Notes under the pieces: generated by a model
Told to the model about the DNA's origin: nothing
The model's input: only the letters and a program-made list of their open reading frames with translations
The model's database searches: none
Made by a program: the position numbers and the translations under genes
Assembly: GCF_006345805.1 (NCBI RefSeq)
Contig: NC_043000.1
Span: 85,746,001-85,810,000, forward strand
Source: Octopus sinensis
Lineage: Eukaryota
Length of the DNA: 64,000 bases
Reading direction: 5' to 3'
In this document: positions 55,701 through 64,000 of the stretch, piece by piece
Numbering within the stretch: the stretch's first letter is position 1
Layout of the letters: every line of letters starts with the position of its first letter

Positions 55701-58700
55701 GGCAAAACATATCACTTGATTTGTTTCTGTCTGCCTTGTAGAGAATAGCTATTGCCACCTCATAATTGAGAGGTAACCATTAAAAGTTATATTTGCCTGA
55801 TACACATGAAGTTCTTTCATGTTAATGATGGCTGAGTCATTGTTTTTGCTCAATTTACTGTGGAGTCAACAACTTCCAGTGTTGTTAACATATCATCCAC
55901 TAGTTGGTTGATAGACTATTTTCCACTGTACTTCAGTGATTTGAAATTGGATCACTCTGTCTTTTCCAGGGTACTTAAGCAATTTGAAATAGTTACTCTG
56001 TTTTGGATATTTTACAGACAACATTGACTATAATAATTGGAATCTTTAATGTAAAATCTTTGTGTAATTAACTAATTATACTAACTTCTAATGAATACTT
56101 TGAAATGTCCAATCAAATCAAATGTTATATTGTTGGATTTTTTTTATCCTAACATTACCTCCTTCTATTGTGTTCAAATCTCTTTTATGCTGCCTTTCTT
56201 TTGAAAGCTTCATTTAAACTGGCCATTTCTGGCCCAAAATGTTCTACCTGTTTTATGGTCAAAGTGGTCAAATCTGGCCTCTTACACCTACCTGACAATG
56301 TCATTCAAATCATATTTACATTATCAGAATCTCAAAGCTATGATTAATTCAAAATAATGTGAATGAATAAGTATTACAATTGACAGAGGAACCTGAATGC
56401 TAAAGGGTTAAACATTCATTCTATAAAGACATTGTTCGCATTCACTTCCTAAAACTTAACACAGTTTTTTGTTTTATTTTAATAGTCATTAATCATTGCA
56501 CTGTAAACTATTTGCTCAAATTTCCAGTTCAGTGTCTTGTAAATAGGGTAGAAGTAGTTTATAAATCTTACTCAAAGGAACTAAAGAGAAAATGTTGAGT
56601 TTTGAATTTCTTGGACCAAGGCACTAAAACCCTATTCACTTAGATTTTTTTTTTTTGACATTTCAATTTCTTAATTGTAAATAATAACTCAACAGTTGTT
56701 AGAAAATTTATGTGATTCTTAGTGTTAAAGTATATTTTTCTTTCGTTGGTAAAGAATGTTTGAGAAACTTAGCAACTGTATTGGATGACAATGTAAACTT
56801 ATTTATTGCTTTTTATTGCTGATAATTTGTAGCTTGATTTTTTTTTCTTCAGTTGCTTAATTTTTGTTTATTTGTTTTTTTTTTTTGTGATCGTTGTTTT
56901 AACATCTTTCAGCCTTACACAAATTACCGAGAGGTTAGCATTTTGATTATAATTGCTTTGTTTCATTTATACTGCTTTGCTGGTTCTGGACTTAAACAAC
57001 ATTTCTTGACAAAAACATGTTTTCCTATGATGAATGTCTTTTCTGAAGAATTACCCGAATGCACTGGAATTAGTTACCAATTTTCTCTGAATTTTATCTT
57101 ATTGTTTATGTCAAAACTAATAGGAATTTTAGGTTTATTTTTTTCTTTGCATGCCTGTTTTTTCTTTACAAGTGCCTTGTTTTCCTTCCATTTCCTGGTA
57201 GACTCTTCAAACTAGCTTTTTTTATAATATATATATATATTTATACATATATATATATCTAAAAGCACTACAATATTCACATAAGCTTTTTTTATTTAGT
57301 ATTTTTTAGTTAACTGTTTTGTTTTTAAATCCTTACTTTAGAAATTACTTTTAAATATTTGAATATTAATAACGTAGTGAATATTGATAATGTATTCTCT
57401 TGTGATTGAATACAAATTCTTAAAAATAAATTTATAAATAAAATTGAACATTAATTTTCCTAAAATCTATCAGGGTACATCATTTAAACTTGTTTGTATT
57501 GAGATATTTGGAAGAATCCCCATACAGACAACTAAATTAACTTTCTGATTATAAATGAGGTTTAACAATTTTTTATGTATTAGTTATTGGAGTGGGGGCC
57601 ATAGATAAGTTGTATATCAAATACTTATGGGAAAAATAATTTTTCATGAGAGGTTAACTCTTTTATTACATTCTTAGCCAAATATACTTCATGTATTTTA
57701 CTTAACTTTGGAAATAATTGAGAATTTGAAGAAATTTAGTAAATTAATCAGTTTCATATTACATTGATGATTGGAAACAAAGTTTCTTGTATGATATTAT
57801 GGTGGAATGTTTTGTATGGTAAAAACACAATCTCAGGCTGGTTGGTATCAAAAGGTTTAGAAACATTTTTAGATGTTGATATTGAAGTTTTTCACATTCT
57901 TGAAGGGTTCTGTGTATGTTTTTGGAAGGATTATATCTTTAAAAAGATTGGAAATGCCAGTATTTCTTTCTCCATCTATCTGTTTCTCTGATTTTCATTT
58001 TGAAAATATCAAGTTACATTAATTTGATATTTTTACAAGAAAGCATGCAATTTTTATATGTCTATTATAAAAAAAGCCCATTTTATTTGTTTTAAACATA
58101 AATATACTTCAGTAAACTGAACAAAATTTTTAGATGAAAATCATTTAAAATCCATCCATCTTTTCCACTTATTATTTCTGGAATGATCATGGGGGTAGAG
58201 TCATCAGGTACTTCTTTCATAGGTTCCTGTCAGAAATAACTATCTTTAGATTTTCCAGCTGGATTTCCAAGAGTGACCAACTGAGACTATAGATATTATC
58301 CAACCATCTTGTTTTTGGTCTACCACTAAGTCTCCAGCTGGTTGGCTCATCTTGAAGAATCTGTTTTGCAAGTCTTTTCTGTGGCATTCTAATCACATGT
58401 CCATTGTGTTGGAGCTGTAACCTCTCAGTGTTGAGAAGTAGCAGCTGGACCTGGAGAAACTTCCTGATCTTGGAGTTATGTATCCTTTTGAGTAATGTTA
58501 CTCCAGAGATCATTCAAAGGAACTCCATTTTGGCTGTTTGTATTTGCAGTTGTACACTTTTGGTCAATGAAGACAGTGTGTTTGGTTTTTTTTTTCCAAC
58601 CCTGTCTCTTCTGAGGATTGATTGCTGGAGCTGGTGCATTACTATGCCAGCACCTGCAATTCTAATGTCCATTTTAGCCTTCTGCTTATCACTCATGAAT

Positions 58701-61700
58701 ACAGCCCTCAGTGATGTTGCATTAACATGCAGAGTGCAGTGAGAAGTCTTTCTTGAGGGGGACCAATGTCCCAGTCTTTGCAATACTAATTCTCATCCCT
58801 CCCTGCCTCACAGTATTTCAAAATAATAATAATGAGTGGGTGCAAACACTTAAAAGTTGAAGTTTATTATTTCCCTGTTATTTGATTTTCACAAACAGTT
58901 TACATTACTGCAGTTCTGAGGCTGGGCTTCAGCACTTTCTTTATTTCTTTCTAGATAAACAAAATTGAAGTAAATTTCCTTATTTTTTAAAATAAAATTC
59001 TCTGCATGTTATTGCTTGTATGAGAAAGTAAAAGTAGATATTAGGATTAAAGTATCAGTGGTGATGATATAAAAAATCCTATAATTTATTTTAAAACTTA
59101 TACCTATTTTATTGTATGGTATATTTTCAATCTTCTTTTTTGTTATATTATTTCCTCTTTTATTGAGATCATCAATTACTCATTCTCTTTATTTTTACAA
59201 CACTCCAAACTGTGTTCACATTAGTTGCAATAGGATGATGTTTCAGACCTTTTAGTTTGTATTTTATCTCTCGTAGCTGCACTGGTTGATGGGATTGCTT
59301 ATTAAATTTGCTTTAGTTGACAATACATCTGAACATTTCAACCATTCATCACATCTTGTCAAGTTGATTATTTTTTAACATAATCCTAACTATAAAAACT
59401 GAATCTTTAGGCTGCTTAAATTATTAGTTAGTTATTACTGTCATTTATGTTCAATCATTGAATTGTGGTCAGGCTGGAGCACTGCATTCTATGGATTTGT
59501 TGATTACAGTGGTCCCAGTACTTTTAGTAATTGGCACTTTCTTCAAACATCTTGGAAGGATGGAATGTAAAGTAAACCTGGGCAGAATTTAAGCTCAAAA
59601 CAAAGTGATAGTAACTAAATACTATGAGATATTTTATTTGTTGCTCTACTGATTGTGCCATTCTGACATGTTAAACAATTTAATAAAGATGTTTTTTATT
59701 TGCCCATAATACATGATGAGATGGTTCTGGCAAAGTAAACCTTTGTATCAGAACAGACATCCTGCAGTTAGAAGTGTTCCAGTCTATTGTTTGTTGATAT
59801 TATCTCTGTCCGTAATCTCACAAAGGATCCATTTATACACATAAGATCATATTGTGCATTATATTGAATGTATTCCTCTTTATCTGTTGCATCTTCTGCC
59901 ACTTTATTGCACAATTTTCAAAAGGAATTGTGAGTGCAATAACAAGAACATAGTTGTAATAGTTATGCATGATAGGGAGTTAAAGAAGGGAGTGGGGTGG
60001 GAGAGAGATCATCATCATAATATCTACTTTTTCATGCTTGTATGGGTCAGCTGGAGTTTATGAGGGCAGTTTTTCTAAAATCAGATGCATTTCCTGTCAC
60101 CAACCCTTACCTGTTTCAGAGTAAGGTAATATTTCTCTATGGCAAGACATGTTTTTACAGAATATTGAATAACATTCATTTACAATAATCACTTGCTGTC
60201 TGTCCAAGGACACACGTTCACACACACATACACACATTCACACACACATACACACAGGGCTCCTTTCAGTTTCCACTCACTTTGTCCAAGATTCCACACA
60301 ATGTGACTGAAAATGGAATCATTCAGCCATGCCTGTGCCTAGCCATGCCTGTACCTAGATCAATAATATTTGAAAACTCAAGCCTATTTTAAATTTAGCT
60401 GGTTAAGTGCATTGCTTTATGGCAGAAACAACTGTAAGCTAATGAAGCCAATTATGTGATTCCTGTTCTCTTTTCATTTATTAATATATAGTCTATCATT
60501 GAATCACTGATGTACTAACTCCATGTGCAAGTATATAAGATCTTGGGGACATTATTACATTTGATTGCTCAATGAATATTTGGTAAAGAAGGATCATACA
60601 TAAAGTCTTTTATTGTGACCAAAGAAATTCAAGTACATATTTCATATGGAAATATATTCTAGATGAACTAAAGTTGTGGCTCAGTTCAGACTCTCTCATT
60701 TACATGGTTTGTGAAAAATGCAAGTACTTAGTAATTTTCTGTTTATTCCCGCTCTGTGCATTCTTCAAAGACCAGTTTGTTTTGAAATTACAGATGTAGA
60801 TCATAAATATAAAATTGTTATTTATCATTGATATGGTCTGCAAAATTCATGTGTGGATTTTTACCAAAATTGAAGTACGATGATGATGATTATCATCATC
60901 ATTTTATGTCCGTTTTTGGTAGGCCTATTTGTGGGGCATAGGCAGAGAGAATTGTATACCATTCTGCAAGACTAGCCTGAGTTTAAGTACTCTATCGCAA
61001 CAAGAGATAAGAGATATACAGACAGGTAAGAAATAAATTTTAATGAATGCTACAGAATACCTATATATCTATACCTTATGTAGTCAAGAAACAAGGGAAG
61101 GAATTATTTTAGAGGAGGAGAGTACAAATTTGGAAGTTATTTGATGAGTTAATATAGAGGTTTACTGTTTATGAAAGGTCATTTTAAGGTCTAGAACAAA
61201 CAAGGAGGAGTTATTTTGGAGAAAAGTACAAAATAAGTATATACATGTAGCCAAGAAACAAGGTTAGTCATTGTAGGGTTAGAACAAACAAGAACGAATT
61301 ATTTTAGAGAATAGATGAGTTTGAATGAATGAGAGATTCTTAGCTTAGCTGTGCATATTTGTGAGTGTCATCAGCAAATATATATAGTATTTTTGTACAA
61401 GTTTCAAGTAGAGTTTAAATGTTGAATGACCAGTATTTGTTTTCAAATTTTGATATTCAAATCAGAACCAGCATTTCTCAGCAGTTTTACTAACTCTAAT
61501 TCAACAAATCCTAATTGTATTTTATGAAAAAGTTTATTATAAATTGTATGGAGGCAAAGTGAGTAAATGGATAAGGACTCATGAGCTGTTAGTTCAAATC
61601 CTGTTGCAAGCATCTTTTGTTTCTGGCATTGATGCATAATTCTTCAAGCTTCAGTTTACTGACTATTGAGAACAGATAACAAATCTTTCAGAAAGAAAAT

Positions 61701-63809
61701 TCATATTCAGTGGGAATTGTCTCCATTCAGTCAGTGTGGCAATAACTGGAGCACAGTAACATTATTGATAATCAACAAAGAACTAATTTTTTTTCTTCTA
61801 TTTTTCAATTGTTGGTATAAGCTGGAAGTTCCTTAAAAATCAATAAATTCAACCAGCATCAATAGTCTTATTGGCTGTCTCAATCAGCTTTACATCAACT
61901 GACCTAAGGTGTAAAATTAACCACCTGGATATTAGGGAATAACTGTCAAGTCTAGCTTACTTTACATGTCTTATTCAGTTTGGTTGACAACTATTCAACA
62001 TATTCTATCATTCAGTGCTAAATAATATTACATTTTCTTTACTGTCAAACCCATTGGAAGACCTGTTACCTTCTAGAATTAGATTTACTTCCCAACACCA
62101 ACATTCAGTTGTGGCATGAAAGCAGTATGTAGTTTTCCAGTTTGACTCAAACAAATATTGTACTATATTGTACCTAAATTTGTTCTCTGTAACCTGTACT
62201 CTGTACCACTTAATATGGTACTGTGCTCCAACATAAATTTATTCTATCTTTAACTCTTACACTACACCACTTCATATGCTATGCCTGAACAAAGAATTTA
62301 AAATTTCTAAAAGTAGACTTCTTTTGCTTAATTCCAATTAAACAAAACATTTGAATTGACATCCCTGTTCAAATAATTTTATGTTTTGCTCCTCTTCAGT
62401 TACTAACATTTGCTTTGTTCCTGTGGAGTTTTTCTTTTTCATTTGCACAATTAATTTTTCTTAACATTTTATTTTCTTTTATATTTTTTCATTCAGTTAA
62501 TTATTTTTTTATTTTTACCCCTATAATTTCCTCAGGATTATTTTCTGTTTTAATGTTTATTTAATGTAGTGTAGTACATATTCCTCTTCAAAAATAAACC
62601 AAACAACTTTTAATCTTAATTTATTTTTTACAGTTTATTTATTTTCCAATTAAACATTTATATTCTTGATGCTCTTATCTAAAATTTTTGTTTGCTCTGT
62701 AAAGAACAGTTGTTTACTTATATTTTGTGTATGCTACTTATAAAGCATGTGCATATTTGAGAGAGTGTAGGTAGGTGACTTTTTTTTTTTAATATGTTAA
62801 AATTGGGTTGAGTTCAGATTTAATACTTGATTTCTTTTCTAAGTTTTGAATTTATAGATTAAAAAAAAAATTCATTTGGTAACATTTTCCACAATCACAT
62901 GGGGGAACAACTCTTCCTCTCTTTGGTCTATACCATTATAGATTAGTGAAAACCTATTGCTAATATGTTTATGGAGTGACACCAAAGCTATGTAGAGGTC
63001 TTGGAATAGCCTTGTGTTTTAAATTAGATATTTCCTAATATTTTGTTTATTTAGAATTTTAAATAAAGGTCAATGACAATCAGTGAGTATACATTTGTAT
63101 CAATCTTAAAGATAAAAAGTTAAAATTTGTTTGGACTAAAATAACTTCCTGAATTTTAATTTTCTTTCAGTGAAATGATTCGAGAATTGATGGATCCAAT
63201 GTTTTTAGAACATGATGCTTAGTGAGTATTGTATCTTATTTTGGTATTTCTGTTGCTTTAAGAATAACAACTCATTAATTTTAGCATCCCCTTTTTTTAA
63301 TCATGTTACAATGGTACACACGTTTAAATAGCTTAATGGATAAGTTATGTTGACTTTCAGTTCATAGGCCTTCATTTAATCATATCTGTGTGAATTTCAT
63401 TGTGTAACCTTGTTTTCAATGACAAATGCCAGATCTTGTAGAATATTGTCTCATGAACTGGTGGTCAAATTCAGAAGAAATATGATAGTTATCCAAATTA
63501 TTCAATTGATCTGAATAAAATGGTAAAGGCTTATTGCTGTAAGAGATAGGTAAAAAATTAAATTACCTTTTCCACATTGTTGGATTCCATTATATCTACC
63601 ATGGAAAGAAGGCAAAGTAATTTCTGAAGGAATTTCAAATTGGAATGAAATACAATTCCACTGCCTCGCATTCTTTAAATAATCATCAATTCACTTCTTG
63701 TTCCTTAATAATATTATTTTAAATATTTCTGTTCTTTAGTGCTATGTTCTGTCAGGTAATGGCAACAGTAGAACCTTGGTATACAACCAAAGATGCTCCA
63801 ACACCTAAA
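14027..63809 (+). CDS. TBC1D5: TBC1 domain family member 5 (Rab7 GAP, retromer-associated), spliced gene, 3' end beyond window
   Basis: Hand-joined exons give MDIAES...SYSTEWERLF...LRSSRFRSICWK LYLEVL...NPRK...NNPLSQ..SPWNRFFQDNEL..IKQDVIRT [Y/F]P...SYRQ GMHELLAPLIFVLHCDHQAFLHA...LEHDAYAMFCQVMATVEPWY. This matches the TBC1D5 sequence as I recall it and contains the TBC IxxDxxR and YxQ motifs. All junctions are GT-AG and phase-compatible. Confidence 0.95.
17001..18134 (-). mobile_element. mariner (DD34D) transposon, pseudogenised, near full length
   Basis: TIRs containing GAAAGTTTGTGCCGATTT / AAATCGGCACAAACTTTC. Motifs WVPHEL, IVTGDEKWIIY, HDNARPH, HPP*SPDIAPSDFHLF with 34 residues between the last two Ds. 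Has frameshifts and a stop. Confidence 0.92.
18379..18646. mobile_element. hAT-type MITE, same family as 13461-13769, opposite orientation
   Basis: CAGTGGTTCCAAAAGTGGG ... AGTTTGGGAACTACTG with TSD CTCTACAC / CTGTACAC (7/8). Confidence 0.85.
18728..19707 (-). mobile_element. young RTE-tailed retroposon with internal 62-bp tandem repeats and ~344-bp duplication, inserted in (TA)n
   Basis: (CAT)n tail at 18729-44 followed by TTTAACGTCCGCTTTCCATGCTAGCATGGG. ATGTGCCACC recurs at 18899, 18961 and 19023. The block starting 19011 is repeated from 19355. CpGs are retained. Confidence 0.85.
19923..20109. mobile_element. foldback MITE (Tc1/mariner/pogo type, TA flanks)
   Basis: About 70-bp inverted arms 19924-19993 / 20041-20108 (e.g. 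GGCGGAACCTCAGAA / TTCTGAGGTTCCGCC), TA on both sides. Confidence 0.75.
20620..21420 (+). mobile_element. decayed pogo/Tigger-like transposase C-terminal remnant
   Basis: About 20796-20880 translates to VGFEEVDAGDIQDLVHADNITLTYEDLE, like the acidic Tigger C-terminal motif. Boundaries approximate. Confidence 0.5.
21525..21672 (+). CDS. TBC1D5: TBC1D5 coding exon (VGVDSSSNG...GGSFTHSY)
   Basis: T-rich tract plus TAG acceptor, open frame, AG|GTGAAA donor. Phase 1 to 2. Ends in 'SY', just before the EWxxLF exon. Confidence 0.85.
22650..24650 (-). mobile_element. highly decayed Gypsy-like pol remnant (tentative)
   Basis: Scattered minus-strand fragments resembling RT/RNase H motifs (NGILQP, QNECL) with many stops. 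Confidence 0.35.
24900..26600 (-). mobile_element. decayed Gypsy LTR-retrotransposon pol (RT-RNase H) remnant
   Basis: In minus-strand order: LNPFALLDAFPLID, YFSKIN, KLPFG, DNIIV, then VAAVIIECFDHWQHYF (RNase H-like). Confidence 0.6.
26845..27863 (-). mobile_element. Tc1/mariner DD41D (rosa/Visitor-type) transposon remnant
   Basis: TA-CAGGGTG ... CACCCTG-TA ends. Motifs NQQNCHYW and FQQDGATAHTA...WPLQSPDLSMCDYFLW with 41 residues between the last two Ds. Confidence 0.85.
28585..29238 (+). mobile_element. RTE LINE fragment joined to RTE-type tail with tandem ~60-bp units and (GAT)n end
   Basis: EKLEVVDSFCYLGDQVSSGG..ESIAARLRIAWAK (RT thumb region). The tail is the reverse complement of the 18728 element end. 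Confidence 0.82.
30576..30684 (+). CDS. TBC1D5: TBC1D5 coding exon (TEWERLFGKPNFLKALRNHGLRGNLRSSRFRSICWK)
   Basis: TTTTCAG acceptor, AAG|GTATGT donor, phase 2 to 0. Contains the LRSSRFRSICWK signature and the WxxL LIR-like motif. Confidence 0.95.
31427..32504 (-). mobile_element. internally deleted piggyBac transposon
   Basis: TTAA-CCCTTTCGTTAC ... ATAACAAAAGGG-TTAA. Minus strand carries an acidic N-terminus and FSEETGPSHNL...DYFFLLF...IITAE, typical of piggyBac transposase N-termini. No DDD core. Confidence 0.85.
32861..33082. mobile_element. ~220-bp TTAA-type MITE
   Basis: CCCTTCAGCATT ... AATGCTAAAGGGTTAA, homologous to the 5289-5887 copies. Confidence 0.75.
33454..33543 (+). CDS. TBC1D5: TBC1D5 coding exon (LYLEVLLEDKSNWLIKTREWRQKYDDLKNN)
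   Basis: TAG acceptor, GTAAGT donor, 90 nt, phase 0 to 0. Confidence 0.93.
34886..34963 (+). CDS. TBC1D5: TBC1D5 coding exon (LIINPRKAVDSAHDLSLNNPLSQAEE)
   Basis: TTTCTTGTAG acceptor, GTAAGT donor, 78 nt. Contains the NPRK and NNPLSQ motifs. Confidence 0.95.
35115..35515 (+). mobile_element. tRNA-derived SINE, diverged copy
   Basis: GGCAAGTGTC...CCTTGTGAGTGGATTTGGTAGA.AGAAACTGAAAGAA, shared with the 51341 copy. Similar copies near 8411, 11323, 20132, 29880(-), 30340(-), 52340(-) and 53321. Confidence 0.75.
36835..36902 (+). CDS. TBC1D5: TBC1D5 coding exon with arginine finger (SPWNRFFQDNELRLTIKQDVIRT)
   Basis: TTTTAG acceptor, GTAAGA donor, phase 0 to 2. Contains the IxxDxxR motif. Confidence 0.95.
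41500..41602 (+). CDS. TBC1D5: TBC1D5 mutually exclusive exon A (YPRIEFFQSNQVRNMMVDILFIYAKLNVDLSYRQ)
   Basis: TTCTGTTCCAG acceptor, CAG|GTTACT donor, 103 nt, phase 2 to 0. Ends in the YxQ glutamine finger. Confidence 0.9.
45602..45713 (+). CDS. TBC1D5: TBC1D5 mutually exclusive exon B (FPEIPFFQSDQVHQLMVNVLFLYCRNDQMKTHLSYRQ)
   Basis: Long pyrimidine tract plus TAG acceptor, CAG|GTTGGT donor, 112 nt, phase 2 to 0. Homologous to exon A and ends in YRQ. Confidence 0.9.
49214..49263. repeat. perfect 25-bp tandem duplication
   Basis: TTTGTGGCTTATGATGAATAAGTTT occurs twice in tandem. Confidence 0.85.
50122..50326. mobile_element. short MITE related to the piggyBac at 31427
   Basis: TTAACTCTTTTGTTACCATATTTCTG resembles its left end and TTTGGGCAGGTTGGTATCAAATGGG its right end. 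Similar copy at 57654-57858. Confidence 0.6.
51341..51738 (+). mobile_element. young full-length tRNA-derived SINE
   Basis: A-box-like TGGCTGTGTGG (51351), B-box-like GGTTCAGTCCC (51394), internal (TG/TA)n, CpGs intact, many diverged copies in the window. Confidence 0.9.
54099..54187 (+). CDS. TBC1D5: TBC1D5 coding exon (GMHELLAPLIFVLHCDHQAFLHACEIESI)
   Basis: TTTCTTCAG acceptor, GTAAGT donor, phase 0 to 2. Contains the GMHELLAP signature. Confidence 0.96.
56205..56411. mobile_element. ~200-bp TTAA-type MITE
   Basis: Homologous to 5490-5887 and ends GAATGCTAAAGGGTTAA. Confidence 0.7.
56913..56933 (+). CDS. TBC1D5: candidate 21-nt TBC1D5 microexon (LTQITES)
   Basis: Very long U-rich tract plus TCTTTCAG acceptor, GAG|GTTAGC donor, phase 2 to 2, no stop. 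Confidence 0.55.
58140..58810 (-). mobile_element. RTE-type LINE 3' ORF remnant
   Basis: KMEFL*MISGVTL..RIHNSKIR...GHVIRMPQKRLAKQIL...GRPKTRWLDNI. Confidence 0.85.
63171..63221 (+). CDS. TBC1D5: TBC1D5 coding exon (EMIRELMDPMFLEHDAY)
   Basis: TTTCTTTCAG acceptor, GTGAGT donor, 51 nt, phase 2 to 2. Contains LEHDAY. Confidence 0.95.
63740..63809 (+). CDS. TBC1D5: TBC1D5 coding exon (AMFCQVMATVEPWYTTKDAPTPK)
   Basis: TTCTTTAG acceptor, GTAAGT donor, phase 2 to 0. Contains the EPW[YF] motif. Confidence 0.93.
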
Positions 63810-64000
63810 GTAAGTTAAATTTATTTTTTCATTTTTATTTCATTTAGTTAATGGTCATTTATTTTTATGGGTAGCTTCATTTCTAGCTTTTAGTTTCACT
63901 TGCAGGTTTCCATTCTCTATTCCTTTAATCACTATCTAAATTTATTGACTACATTTAAGATTATTTAAAATATTCTTTTAATTTGGATTTCCTGGAAAAT

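Noticed and set aside
54746-56085. Paired ACTAAY (QKI-like) motifs at 54746-58 and 56071-85
   Set aside because: Likely by chance in AT-rich introns and far from the exons.
56853-56933. Upstream acceptor 60 nt before the microexon giving an in-frame hydrophobic 20-aa extension
   Set aside because: The hydrophobic run is just the translated poly-U tract, and a membrane segment within the TBC fold is implausible.
60923-61025. Strong CAG|GTAAGA donor suggesting a 103-nt exon
   Set aside because: In-frame stop, weak acceptor, no homology to TBC1D5, and it lies in repeat-like sequence.
1169-61637. Remaining short ORFs in the six-frame track
   Set aside because: Low-complexity, repeat-derived or antisense to exons, with no recognisable protein motifs.

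Overview
AT-rich, repeat-rich animal genomic DNA. The SINE and RTE-tail families resemble those of octopus, but that is an inference and not verified. The window holds the 5' part of one large + strand intron-containing gene, the Rab7 GAP / retromer partner TBC1D5. I reconstructed 9 constitutive coding exons by hand (14027 to 63809) with consistent GT-AG sites and phases; the gene continues past the window. The main finding is a tandemly duplicated, mutually exclusive exon pair (41500-41602 and 45602-45713). Each copy encodes the catalytic segment running from just after the arginine finger to the glutamine finger. Including both or skipping both gives an immediate stop codon, and each copy is enclosed by a hand-found intronic stem carrying a GCAUG motif. 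A frame-preserving 21-nt microexon candidate lies at 56913-56933. The introns contain decayed mariner (DD34D), DD41D, piggyBac, pogo/Tigger-like, Gypsy, RTE and CR1/L2 elements, plus several MITE and SINE families and minisatellites.
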